Assembly (NCBI GenBank): GCA_964404915.1
Contig: CAYOLX010000003.1
Span: 1 to 25,850, forward strand
Direction: 5' to 3'
DNA length: 25,850 nucleotides
From: an uncultured Candidatus Saccharibacteria bacterium
Lineage (GTDB): Bacteria; Patescibacteriota; Minisyncoccia; Minisyncoccales; UBA5738
This document shows, one piece after another, positions 1 to 8,667 of the stretch. The notes beneath the pieces are model-generated. The model did no database searches. It was not told the origin of the DNA and worked only from the letters and a program-made list of their open reading frames with translations. A program made the translations under genes and the position numbers. Position 1 is the stretch's first letter. Every line of letters starts with the position of its first letter.

Positions 1-2
1 AC

Positions 3-275
3 CGCGACATATGTTTTTCTTCCTGTTATCCATATGTCATGGAGACCAAGCGGGAAAACGGTCAATGGGATGAATATGATTACCCCGATTGTCTTGAAGC
101 GGCGCGCGCGGTCGATTGCGTGCCGCCGCGCGAATTTAAGAAATTTCGCATCAGACTGGAAGACGCGGCGGCGGGGGTTCATCGTTTGAAAATTGCCGCT
201 TGCGTTGGCTGTGCCGCGAATGAAAGCTTCAAATCTCAGCAAGTTTTATATTCTGATATTTTTCAAATTAAATGA
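3..275 (+). CDS. 3' part of a Cys-rich hypothetical (probably exported) protein, truncated at the left edge
   Basis: Frame is open from position 3 (RDICFSSCYPYVMETKRENG...YSDIFQIK*). It has 6 Cys in about 90 aa and a beta-rich pattern. The ORF-track start at 39 is probably an internal Met. Confidence 0.6.
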   Translation, partial: RDICFSSCYPYVMETKRENGQWDEYDYPDCLEAARAVDCVPPREFKKFRIRLEDAAAGVHRLKIAACVGCAANESFKSQQVLYSDIFQIK

Positions 276-307
276 TGATTTTCTTTCTGCGAAGATTATA
301 AATAAAT

Positions 308-979
308 ATGTTAACAATTAGTGCGACAAACAGGAAGGCAAAGGGGCGGCAAACCGAAGAATTGCGGCAACAAGAATTAATTCCGGCGGTGCTTTATGGT
401 CCGAAAATTGAAAACAAAAATTTGGCGGTGGGGCGCAAAGATTTTGCCGATCTCTTTCGCCAGGCTGGAAAAAGTTCTTTGGTGAATTTGCGCGTTGAGG
501 GAGAGCCAAAAGATTTTATGGTGCTAATTAATGATTTGAGCATTGATCCCATCAGCGGAAAAGTCGCTCACATTGATTTTTACCAGCCGAATTTGAAAAA
601 AGAAATTGAGGCGGATGTGCCGCTGGTTTTTGTCGGCGAATCGCCGGCGGTTAAGGATTTGGGCGGCACTTTGGTTAAAAATTTTAATGAGATCGCCGTA
701 AAAGCTTTGCCGGCGGATTTGCCGCGCGAGATTAAGGTGGATATTTCGGTTCTTAAAACTTTTGACGATGTAATCGCAGTTAAGGATTTGACCGCGGGGG
801 AAAAGGTTGAATTGTTGAAAAATTCGGAAGAAATTGTCGCGCTGGCGGTGGAGGCGCAAAAGATTGATGAAGAATTGGAAAAGCCGATTGAGGAAAATGT
901 GGAAAATGTCGCCAAGTCGGAGAAAGCAAAGAAAGAGGAGGTAAGCGAAGAAGAAGCGTCTCCTTCGGCAAAAAAATAG
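308..979 (+). CDS. rplY: 50S ribosomal protein bL25 / Ctc
   Basis: LRQQELIPAVLYG, HIDFY, VPLVFVGESPAVK..GG, ALPADLP..I.VDIS.L, followed by an acidic C-terminal tail. Confidence 0.97.
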   Translation: MLTISATNRKAKGRQTEELRQQELIPAVLYGPKIENKNLAVGRKDFADLFRQAGKSSLVNLRVEGEPKDFMVLINDLSIDPISGKVAHIDFYQPNLKKEIEADVPLVFVGESPAVKDLGGTLVKNFNEIAVKALPADLPREIKVDISVLKTFDDVIAVKDLTAGEKVELLKNSEEIVALAVEAQKIDEELEKPIEENVENVAKSEKAKKEEVSEEEASPSAKK

Positions 980-988
980 AACGAGAGC

Positions 989-1019
989 CGCGCGCGGTTG
1001 CCAAACCGCGCGCGTTTTT
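989..1019 (+). terminator. Intrinsic terminator of rplY
   Basis: Perfect 11-bp stem CGCGCGCGGTT(989-999), loop GCCA, AACCGCGCGCG(1004-1014), then TTTTT. Confidence 0.85.
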
Positions 1020-1027
1020 GTTATAAT
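998..1027 (+). promoter_or_regulatory. Putative sigma70 promoter for the lytic transglycosylase gene
   Basis: TTGCCA(998-1003), 18 nt, TATAAT(1022-1027), with an extended -10 TG at 1019-1020. Confidence 0.6.
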
Positions 1028-1054
1028 CATAATCGTTGCAATGTATCAAACTTT

Positions 1055-2416
1055 ATGATGATAAAAAGATTTACCGCGTTTGCTTTGATTGCCGCCACGA
1101 TTTGTTTTTTCGGCGGTGCGGCGGCGCAAAGCAATAATAATGTTGAAACCGGAGAATGCACTACCAAGGAAAATTGCCAGGCGCTTTTGGATAAATACGA
1201 GGCGCTGTTGAAGCAATATGACGCCGACATCACCAAAACCGCCGGCGAAAAAAAGAGTTTGCAAAATCAAATTGCCGCGTTAAAAAAACAAACGGATTCT
1301 TTGACGGTGCAAATTAAGCGGAGCAACGCGATGATTGGCGAGATTAAATTGCAAATCGGCGATACCGAGGCATCAGTGGAAAGCACCGCGGCAAAAATTG
1401 TTAAAACCCAGGGTCAACTGGCGGCGATTATTCGCGCGATTGACGAGGCTGACCAGATTTCATTAGCTGAAACTTTATTGGTTGGCCAAAAATTTTCGGA
1501 TTTTTTTGATAATTTGGCCTATCTTGAAAGTTTGAACCGCAAATCAAGCCAAGTTTTGCGGGAAGTCAAAAACTTGAAACAAACTTTGGAAGACCAAAAA
1601 TTGGGCTTGGAAAATGAAAAATCCGATTTGGAAAAAGTGACGCAGATGAAATTGTTGCAAAAACAAGAGCACGAAAAATCCCAAGCCGAATATAATAAAA
1701 CTCTCAAAGTGAAAGATGCTGAATTGGTGCAGGCCACTCAGGCAAAGCAACTCACAGCGCAAGTGATTCAGCAGATCAAGCAAAGGTTATTCGCGCTTGC
1801 CGGAGTCGCTGATACCGACGCGCCGAATTTTGAACAGGCCTATCAAATCGCGAAAACCGCGGGGGCCGCCACCGGAGTGCGTCCGGCATTGCTTTTGGCG
1901 ATCCTTACCCAAGAATCAAATCTTGGCAAGAATGTGGGCCAATGTTATATGACCAATAACAAAACCGGCGGCGGCGTTCGCATTAAAACCGGCGCAGCGG
2001 AAATTAATGTGATGAAGCCGTCGCGCGATGTGGGGCCGTTTCTGGAAATTACCGCCGCGCTTGGAAAGGATCCGCACCAAACGCCGGTTTCTTGCCGGAT
2101 CCCGAGCGTTGGCGGTTATGGCGGCGCGATGGGACCGGCGCAATTCATTCCTTCCACATGGATAAGCTATGCGCCGCGTCTGCAATCAATGTTGGGTCGT
2201 CCGGGAAATCCATGGAATATTAACGACGCGTTTTTGGCGGTCGCGCTTTATGTTTCCGATTACGGCGCCAAGTCGCAGACCTATGATGGCGAGTGGCGCG
2301 CGGCAATGATTTATTTCGCGGGAACGGTCAATACCAAATACCGCTTCTACGGCGATAATGTGATGAAAATCGCCCAAGGCTACGCCGCCGACATTGCCGC
2401 CATTGAAGGAAGATAG
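1055..2416 (+). CDS. Secreted lytic murein transglycosylase with N-terminal PcsB/CwlO-like coiled coil
   Basis: Signal peptide MMIKRFTAFALIAA...AAAQ and a long heptad coiled coil. Lysozyme-like motifs: ILTQES (catalytic Glu), GAMGPAQFIPSTW, NPWNINDAFLAVALY. Start moved from 998 to ATG 1055. Confidence 0.88.
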   Translation: MMIKRFTAFALIAATICFFGGAAAQSNNNVETGECTTKENCQALLDKYEALLKQYDADITKTAGEKKSLQNQIAALKKQTDSLTVQIKRSNAMIGEIKLQIGDTEASVESTAAKIVKTQGQLAAIIRAIDEADQISLAETLLVGQKFSDFFDNLAYLESLNRKSSQVLREVKNLKQTLEDQKLGLENEKSDLEKVTQMKLLQKQEHEKSQAEYNKTLKVKDAELVQATQAKQLTAQVIQQIKQRLFALAGVADTDAPNFEQAYQIAKTAGAATGVRPALLLAILTQESNLGKNVGQCYMTNNKTGGGVRIKTGAAEINVMKPSRDVGPFLEITAALGKDPHQTPVSCRIPSVGGYGGAMGPAQFIPSTWISYAPRLQSMLGRPGNPWNINDAFLAVALYVSDYGAKSQTYDGEWRAAMIYFAGTVNTKYRFYGDNVMKIAQGYAADIAAIEGR

Positions 2417-2559
2417 AAAATTTAAAACGTAAAAATCAAAAATTAAAACTAATAATTTTTTATTTACCCGCCGGAATACGTTGGAGCTCTGCCCCGGCGC
2501 GGTTTATTGTGGCTGGAGAAGCGAAGGAATATCTTGGAACCTTTGCCTTGTGGCGATAG

Positions 2560-2568
2560 TTATCCACA
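2560..2568 (+). promoter_or_regulatory. DnaA-box consensus
   Basis: Exact TTATCCACA in an intergenic region; a single copy, function unproven. Confidence 0.45.
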
Positions 2569-2661
2569 GGCTAAGTTTGCTTGCGAGCAGGGAATGTTTT
2601 ATAAATTTATGTAAAGGCGCTTTCGGTCAGCGCCAAAATAAATAATCAAGAATTTTAAAAC

Positions 2662-3936
2662 ATGAAAAAATTTTTTTCGCCTTTGTTTTTTTTCACCGCG
2701 GTTCTGGCGATGATTCTATCCGCCGGAGACGTCCGAGCGGTTCTGGCGCCGCAGATTTATCTTTCGGATCTGGATACCGGCGGCAATACTTATAAAGCCG
2801 GGGCGGCAATAACCGGTTCAGTCAGAGTTAAGAACTATGAATCATCCTATCGCGGCGATCTTTCTTTCCAATTTCAACTGCTGGCGAAAGCGATAGACGG
2901 CGTTCCGCGGCAAATAATTGATCAAAAAACAAGCCAAGAGAAGTTTGAATTGGCGGCCGATGCGGATGTCGTAAAGTTTTTTAATTATGCTTTACCGGCT
3001 AATTTGCCCGGAGGAGATGTAATATTCAGGGTGCAATTGATTACCGGACGCGGCGAGGAAATAAACTGGATTGACGCGCCGCTTGCCATTGGCGGAGAGG
3101 GTATATTTTTGGAATTGAACAACGCGCGAATTATCAAAAACGGCGAGGCGCTTTCCAATGCCGCGGGAGTTTATTATGATTCGGGCGAAACGGTTAATAT
3201 TCAATTTGATGTTAAAAATAACACGGATTTAATCGGTATTGTTTTTCCAAGGGTTATAACGTATAAGAGAAATCCGAGCGCGGAAGCGGTGGGAACTTTT
3301 GATTTTGACGGTATTACGATCAATTCAAACAGCGCGAGAACTCTTAACTATGAATTGCCAAAATTAACCGCGCCGGAAACTTATTCCTCGGAAGTCAGGC
3401 TTTATGACAGCAAAACCAAGCTGCCGGTTTCAAACGCGCTTTTTTTCCGCTGGATAATTTCCGGCATCAACGCAAAAATTTTATATGTTGACGCGGATAA
3501 ATCCGATTATTCGGCGGGAGAAACCGCGCAAATAAACATCGCGTATACCGGACCGGCAGACAACGAATTGAGCGGTGATAAAGCGGTGATTACCACCATG
3601 ATTGTTGATGAAAAAGGCGATATCGCGGGCCGGTCTTCGCAAGATATTTCACTGGGCTCGGGAGAAATCACGATGGAGGTGGATTTATCCAAAAATGTTG
3701 TCGGCGCCAAGGTTGAAACAGAGATTAGCAATGTTTCCGGCATGCTGGACGAGTATGATTTTAATTTGTCTCCGGGCGAAGTTGATAGTCATGGAGAAGA
3801 ATCATTGCCAATAATAGAACAAAGGAAATTTTCTGAAGACGCAATGGCCGTGATTTTTGTTGCGATCGCGGCTTTTTTAGCGTTTTTGGTCGCGGTAAAT
3901 TTTTTCATCAGGAAAAAATCTTTAAATAAAAATTAA
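2662..3936 (+). CDS. Hypothetical surface protein (signal peptide, several beta-sandwich-like domains, C-terminal TM anchor)
   Basis: Cleavable-type N-terminus (MKKFFSPLFFFTAVLAMILSAGDVRA), alternating beta-strand pattern, C-terminal AVIFVAIAAFLAFLVAVNFF followed by RKK. Confidence 0.8.
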   Translation: MKKFFSPLFFFTAVLAMILSAGDVRAVLAPQIYLSDLDTGGNTYKAGAAITGSVRVKNYESSYRGDLSFQFQLLAKAIDGVPRQIIDQKTSQEKFELAADADVVKFFNYALPANLPGGDVIFRVQLITGRGEEINWIDAPLAIGGEGIFLELNNARIIKNGEALSNAAGVYYDSGETVNIQFDVKNNTDLIGIVFPRVITYKRNPSAEAVGTFDFDGITINSNSARTLNYELPKLTAPETYSSEVRLYDSKTKLPVSNALFFRWIISGINAKILYVDADKSDYSAGETAQINIAYTGPADNELSGDKAVITTMIVDEKGDIAGRSSQDISLGSGEITMEVDLSKNVVGAKVETEISNVSGMLDEYDFNLSPGEVDSHGEESLPIIEQRKFSEDAMAVIFVAIAAFLAFLVAVNFFIRKKSLNKN

Positions 3937-3945
3937 ATAATATTT

Positions 3946-5232
3946 ATGTTCAAAAAAAATATTGTTCGCAAATTGATTATGTTCTCGCTTTTCGTTTTGA
4001 CGCTGGCGATTTTTGCCGGAGCATTGATTGCCGCCGTCCAGGTTGTTGAGGATCCTTGCGGCACAACCGTTGTTTATAATAAGCCGGTGCCGAATTCCGA
4101 ATTCAAAGCGGGCGACGATCTCAATTTTTCCGGAAAATTAAGGGTGACGAGTTGCGGCGATGGCTTATTCTTTAATCGCATTACTTTCTATATCGCCGAG
4201 GACAAAGACATTCCGATTACTGTTACGACAACGGACGGGTCCAAATATCCTCTTAATTATGGAAATTGTTTTGGCGCGACCAGCTCAATATATGGGAGTG
4301 ATTGCTCCGGCATTAAGCGGGGCGATCAAGTGCAAATTTTGGATTTGAGCAAAGGATACAAAATAAGAAAATTAGGCACCATTTATCCGCCCGATATTTT
4401 TGAATATGACGGTGAAGGAGGTTTCAATTGGATTGAATATAATAAAAATTTCACGGTGCCTTCCGACTTGGGATTTGACGGGGATGTTCGTTTCTATGTT
4501 GAGTATTCCGGGGCGCATTGGAATACTCATTGGCACTGGTTAACTGCCTATCAAAAGGGGGAGATTATTCCCGCACCGCAGGCCAAGATTGTTTGCGACA
4601 ACAGCCAATGCGGTTCCGGGAGCAGTTGTTCTCCGATCGCGCGCGCGTATGAACCGATCGCCAAGCCATCTTTATGTTTTTATGTGTTGAGAAATAAATC
4701 AAAGGTCTCGGGTTTGGAGGAGTCAAATTGGTATGTCAAGCCGGCGGGATCATCCGATGGCACCTACGAAAAGAAATTGTCGTGCGGGTCGTTGTGTGAT
4801 TATGTTTTACAAAAGGATATGCCCGCCGGGAACACATACACGGTTAAGCTGGAAGTAAAAGATAAATACGGACAGTCGGACAATGCCACGATTGACGTTT
4901 ATGTCGCCAGCGAAATAAAAGCTGAATTTAAATGCGCGATATCATCCGCGGATCTCGTTTGGCGCGACTGCAAAGAGCTGTCTCATCAAATTGCCAGGGG
5001 GGGAAAAATGTGCTTAAAGGATATTTCGCGCCCTTCGGATGGAGCGGCAATCAATTCATGGCAATGGATGATAAATGATAAAATTGCCGGAAACGAGGAA
5101 GAAATTTGTTTTAACGCGGAAAGTGTCAATCGCATAAGACTGACGGTTTCCGACAGTAAGGGCAGGTCGGATTACAGCGAAGATTTGGTGAACGCAAAAC
5201 CAATCCCAAAGTGGGAAGAAGTGGCGCCCTGA
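3946..5232 (+). CDS. Hypothetical exported Cys-rich protein with C-terminal PKD-like domains
   Basis: N-terminal hydrophobic helix and 14 Cys. PKD-like segments YTVKLEVKDKYGQSD and DISRPSDGAAINSWQW...IRLTVSDSKGRSD. Ends in PIPKWEEVAP. Confidence 0.78.
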   Translation: MFKKNIVRKLIMFSLFVLTLAIFAGALIAAVQVVEDPCGTTVVYNKPVPNSEFKAGDDLNFSGKLRVTSCGDGLFFNRITFYIAEDKDIPITVTTTDGSKYPLNYGNCFGATSSIYGSDCSGIKRGDQVQILDLSKGYKIRKLGTIYPPDIFEYDGEGGFNWIEYNKNFTVPSDLGFDGDVRFYVEYSGAHWNTHWHWLTAYQKGEIIPAPQAKIVCDNSQCGSGSSCSPIARAYEPIAKPSLCFYVLRNKSKVSGLEESNWYVKPAGSSDGTYEKKLSCGSLCDYVLQKDMPAGNTYTVKLEVKDKYGQSDNATIDVYVASEIKAEFKCAISSADLVWRDCKELSHQIARGGKMCLKDISRPSDGAAINSWQWMINDKIAGNEEEICFNAESVNRIRLTVSDSKGRSDYSEDLVNAKPIPKWEEVAP

Positions 5233-5248
5233 TTTATTTTTGTTTTCA

Positions 5249-5298
5249 AAAGAACAAGACACCCTTGCCGTAAGGCGAGGGTGTCTTGTTCTTTCTTT
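5249..5298. terminator. Bidirectional intrinsic terminator between convergent genes
   Basis: 21-bp stem AAAGAACAAGACACCCTTGCC(5249-5269), GTAA loop, GGCGAGGGTGTCTTGTTCTTT(5274-5294), with one G.U pair. Confidence 0.9.
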
Positions 5299-5299
5299 A

Positions 5300-6340
5300 T
5301 CACATTTTGCTTTGAAGGGTTTGGGAGATTTCGTCAAGCTCCCCGTCAAAAATTTTTGCAATGTTGTGCCAGCTTTTTTTGACGCGATGGTCGGTGACGC
5401 GATCTTGAGGAATGTTATAGGTGCGGATTTTTTCGCATCGCAAGGCGCTGCCGATTTGTTCTTTGCGGGCGCCGCCAAAAGTTAATTCTTCTTCTTGGCG
5501 TTTTTTTTCCTGCAGGCGGTAGGCAAGCAGCGCCATCGCGTTTTCGCGGTTTTGAAGCTGGTTGCGTTCGGTTTGGGAGAAAACCGATAATCCCGTGGGA
5601 AGGTGAGTGATGCGCACCGCCGATTCACGCTTATTGACAAATTGCCCCCCCGGACCTGATGAACGGCAAAAATCAACCCTGATTTCATCGGGACGAATGG
5701 CGATTTCGCTTTTCTTGGGCTTGGGAAGTACCGCCACTGTCGCGGTGGAAGTGTGGATGCGTCCGCTTTTCTCGGTTTCGGGAATGCGCTGAACGCGATG
5801 AACACCGCCTTCATATCTCATCATATCCCACGCGTCTTTACCGGTTAATTCAAAAATGATTTCTTTGCAACCGCCGATTTCGGTTTGATTTTGATCCAGG
5901 ACTTTTTGTTGCCAACCGTTATTTTGCGCGAAACGCGAATACATTCGGTATAGATCGGCGGCGAAAAGCGCCGACTCCTGCCCGCCCGCGCCGGCGCGGA
6001 TTTCCACCACGATTGCTCCCGGTCCGGCGGGTTTGCTCTCGACTTTGGCGATTTCTTGCAATTCATTTTCCAATGTTTCCTGCCTGATTTTGAGTTGTTC
6101 GGTCTCTGCTTCGGCTAAAGACATCAGTTCCGGATCTTCTTCGGAGATCGCGATGAGGCGGTTTTCCGCGATTTTTTTGGCGATTTCTTTGATTTCGTTC
6201 TCTTTTTCAATGATTTTCTCTAAATAGCTCTTTCTTTTGTTCAGTTCTTCAAATTTTTCCCAATCCGAAATCAGCCCGGGATCGCCAAGCTGAATGATAA
6301 TTTTGTCATATTCTTCTTGCGGTAAAAGAGCTTGCGCCAT
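5300..6340 (-). CDS. prfA: Peptide chain release factor 1
   Basis: EIRAGAGG.E..LFA.DL.RMY, GGVHRVQRIPETE.SGRIHTS (RF1 PxT motif), SGPGGQ.VN, E.IRTYN.PQDRVTDHR. Confidence 0.97.
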   Translation of the reverse strand: MAQALLPQEEYDKIIIQLGDPGLISDWEKFEELNKRKSYLEKIIEKENEIKEIAKKIAENRLIAISEEDPELMSLAEAETEQLKIRQETLENELQEIAKVESKPAGPGAIVVEIRAGAGGQESALFAADLYRMYSRFAQNNGWQQKVLDQNQTEIGGCKEIIFELTGKDAWDMMRYEGGVHRVQRIPETEKSGRIHTSTATVAVLPKPKKSEIAIRPDEIRVDFCRSSGPGGQFVNKRESAVRITHLPTGLSVFSQTERNQLQNRENAMALLAYRLQEKKRQEEELTFGGARKEQIGSALRCEKIRTYNIPQDRVTDHRVKKSWHNIAKIFDGELDEISQTLQSKM

Positions 6341-6350
6341 TTGGTTATTT

Positions 6351-6578
6351 CTACTTCTTTTTTTTGATTAAAGCGTCCTTTTTGGCAACTTTTTTCAAAA
6401 ATTTGTCAACGCGTCCCATCGCGCCAATGAGCTTTGCCTTGCCGGTGTAGAATGGGTGGCACGCCGAGCAAGTTTCGGTTTCCACATATTCCATCGGAGA
6501 GCCGATTTTGTAAGTTTGTCCGCAAGAGCACTTTATTTGCGCGTTGGGATAGTATTTCGGATGAATGTCTTTTTTCAT
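6351..6578 (-). CDS. rpmE: 50S ribosomal protein bL31 (Zn-ribbon type)
   Basis: MKKDIHPKY...CSCG...CSACHPFYTGK...GRVDKF. The true start is ATG at 6578, not 6635. Confidence 0.96.
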   Translation of the reverse strand: MKKDIHPKYYPNAQIKCSCGQTYKIGSPMEYVETETCSACHPFYTGKAKLIGAMGRVDKFLKKVAKKDALIKKKK

Positions 6579-6630
6579 AAAAATTTTATAATTTAAAACA
6601 TAATTAAAACAAAACTTTGACAACAGCGCC

Positions 6631-6659
6631 ATCATATAATAAATTTATGAAATTTGCAA
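6631..6659 (-). promoter_or_regulatory. Putative sigma70 promoter of rpmE-prfA
   Basis: On the minus strand TTGCAA(6659-6654), 17 nt, TATGAT(6636-6631). Confidence 0.6.
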
Positions 6660-6757
6660 GAACTTGAAAGTTGTGATATAGGATAGGTTGTGCGTGTAAA
6701 ATCGGCGATAGGCCGAAATGCGCGAATTGCGCGATATTAATAGACGAATAAAATATT

Positions 6758-7462
6758 ATGACAGTTAATTTATCGGTTGAAGAAATGGCTGCTGCCGGAA
6801 TGCAGTTTGGCCACAAAAAATCCAAGATTCATCCCAAGATGAAAAATCTTTTGGCCGGAGTGAGGAACACGATTTTTGTCATTGATTTGGAAAAAACAAA
6901 GAATCGTTTTGCCGCGGCGTTGGATTGCGCGAATAAAATCGCTTCCGAAGGCGGAAAGATAGTTTTTGTCGGCACCAAAACGCAATTTAAGAAAATTATC
7001 AAAGAAACCGCGACTGCTTGCCAAATGCCCTATGTTACCGAGCGCTGGCTGGGCGGCACCTTCACGAATTTCAAAATTATCAAGAAGCGGATTGATTATT
7101 ATAAGGGATTGGAGCGCAAGGTTTCGGCGGGTGAATTTGAAAAATATACCAAAAAAGAACAGGCCGGCATTCAAAAAGAGATAAAAATTTTGGAGAAGAA
7201 GTTGGGGGGTATCAAAAATTTGGAAAAAATTCCCGAAGCGATTTTTGTGGCGGATATGGAAAAGGATAAACTGGCAGTGCGAGAGGCGCGGCGCAACGGA
7301 GTGAAAGTGATCGGCGTTGCCGATGTCAATATTGATCCCGATGTTGCCGATTATCCGATCATTGCCAATGATGACGCGATATCATCAATGAAATATATTT
7401 TGGAAAAAATGAAAGAAGCGATTCTTGAAGGCAAGCAAAGTGCGGCAACGCCGCAAGCCTAA
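6758..7462 (+). CDS. rpsB: 30S ribosomal protein uS2
   Basis: AGMQFGH...HPKM, FVGTK, ERWLGGTFTNF, KKLGGIK.L.K.P, PDVADYPI.ANDDAI.S. Confidence 0.98.
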   Translation: MTVNLSVEEMAAAGMQFGHKKSKIHPKMKNLLAGVRNTIFVIDLEKTKNRFAAALDCANKIASEGGKIVFVGTKTQFKKIIKETATACQMPYVTERWLGGTFTNFKIIKKRIDYYKGLERKVSAGEFEKYTKKEQAGIQKEIKILEKKLGGIKNLEKIPEAIFVADMEKDKLAVREARRNGVKVIGVADVNIDPDVADYPIIANDDAISSMKYILEKMKEAILEGKQSAATPQA

Positions 7463-7582
7463 ATTTCTAAATTTCTAATTTCTAATTCCAAAATAAATTT
7501 CAAAAATTTAGAAATTTCGTAATTTTAACATTTTGAAATTTATTGGAAATTGGTAATTGGAAATTTTGTCATTTTATATTTT
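7463..7582 (+). repeat. AT-rich intergenic imperfect inverted-repeat element (AATTTCT / AATTGG subfamily)
   Basis: Left arm is tandem AATTTCT; right arm TTGGAAATTGGTAATTGGAAATT. 7536-7568 matches 19584-19616 at 32/33 nt. Confidence 0.75.
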
Positions 7583-8026
7583 ATGGTTGACATTGAACTT
7601 ATCAAACAATTGAGAGACCAGACCGGTATTTCCATCGGCGAATGCAAAAAAGCGCTTGATGAAGGCGGCACCATTGAAAATGCCAAAGAGATTCTGAAAA
7701 AATGGGGCAAAGATTTGGCGTCCAAAAAGGGCGATCGCGCCACCGGACAAGGCAAGATTGAATCCTATATTCATGCCAATGGCAAGGTGGGGGTTTTGGT
7801 GGAACTTCGTTGCGAAACCGATTTTGTGGCGAATTCACAAGATTTTGCGACTTTGGCGCACGAGCTTTGTTTGCAGGTGGCGGCAATGGGAGATGATTCC
7901 GAGACGTTATTGATGCTTCCGTGGGTCAAAAATTCATCAAAGACAGTTAAGGATTTGATTGATGAAACCATTGCCAAAGTGGGTGAAAACATCGTGCTCC
8001 AAAAAGCGGTTCGCCTGGAAATATAG
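7583..8026 (+). CDS. tsf: Elongation factor Ts, short form
   Basis: IKQLRDQTG.SIGECKKAL, G.IESYIH.NGKVGVLVELRCETDFVA, IAKVGENI. 147 aa from ATG 7583. Confidence 0.95.
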   Translation: MVDIELIKQLRDQTGISIGECKKALDEGGTIENAKEILKKWGKDLASKKGDRATGQGKIESYIHANGKVGVLVELRCETDFVANSQDFATLAHELCLQVAAMGDDSETLLMLPWVKNSSKTVKDLIDETIAKVGENIVLQKAVRLEI

Positions 8027-8082
8027 CGATAGCGCTTGCATCTTCTCATTAATCATCAACTTATTACTTATCAACTATTCTT

Positions 8083-8667
8083 ATGGTTGAAATTATCGCT
8101 CTTATTGCGTTTATTGTTGGCGCCGCCGCCGCCGGCATCGTTTTTGTCCGTAAAATGCCGCAAGCAATCGCGGGTGTGCAAATTTCCGAAAGCCGGCCGT
8201 TGGGATGGCGCGCCGGCACTGTTCGTTTTCTGGAAAAAATCAAACATCACCCGCGCGTGGAGGGTTTTTCATGGATTGAGTTTTTGCAAAAGCAATTATT
8301 AAAGGCGCGCGTAGCGGTGTTGAAAATTGACAACAAAATCAATGATTTGGCGGGAAAATTGCGTCAAAAGCGAGAGAAAAAAATTCAAGAAAATCAAATC
8401 GTTGCCGAAAGCTACTGGCGCGATCTCAAAGGAATTGTTAAAGGCAAAAAAACTTTATCAAAATCCGGGCAAAAAAATAATGCGTCTTATGAAGCAATTA
8501 TTATTGACCATGTTATTTCCGAGCCGCAAAAAAATTCAGAAGGTGTCTTGGCGGTGAAAAAAACCGCGTTGCCCGAAGAGGTTACGAGTCAAAAGCCGGC
8601 AAAAACCTCTAAAAAACGCGGCGCAAGAAAAAAAAGGACTAAGAACGAAAATCCTTTTTCTTGGTAG
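8083..8667 (+). CDS. Hypothetical membrane-anchored Lys-rich protein
   Basis: N-terminal TM (IIALIAFIVGAAAAGIVFV), central coiled coil and basic disordered tail; occupies the space between tsf and the tRNA. Confidence 0.7.
   Translation: MVEIIALIAFIVGAAAAGIVFVRKMPQAIAGVQISESRPLGWRAGTVRFLEKIKHHPRVEGFSWIEFLQKQLLKARVAVLKIDNKINDLAGKLRQKREKKIQENQIVAESYWRDLKGIVKGKKTLSKSGQKNNASYEAIIIDHVISEPQKNSEGVLAVKKTALPEEVTSQKPAKTSKKRGARKKRTKNENPFSW

Noticed and set aside
2417-2661. Replication origin
   Set aside because: Only one perfect DnaA box, no box cluster, and no dnaA/dnaN nearby.
6617-6640. Perfect TTGACA and TATAAT as the rpsB promoter
   Set aside because: Spacing is only 12 nt; a correctly spaced promoter exists on the minus strand instead.
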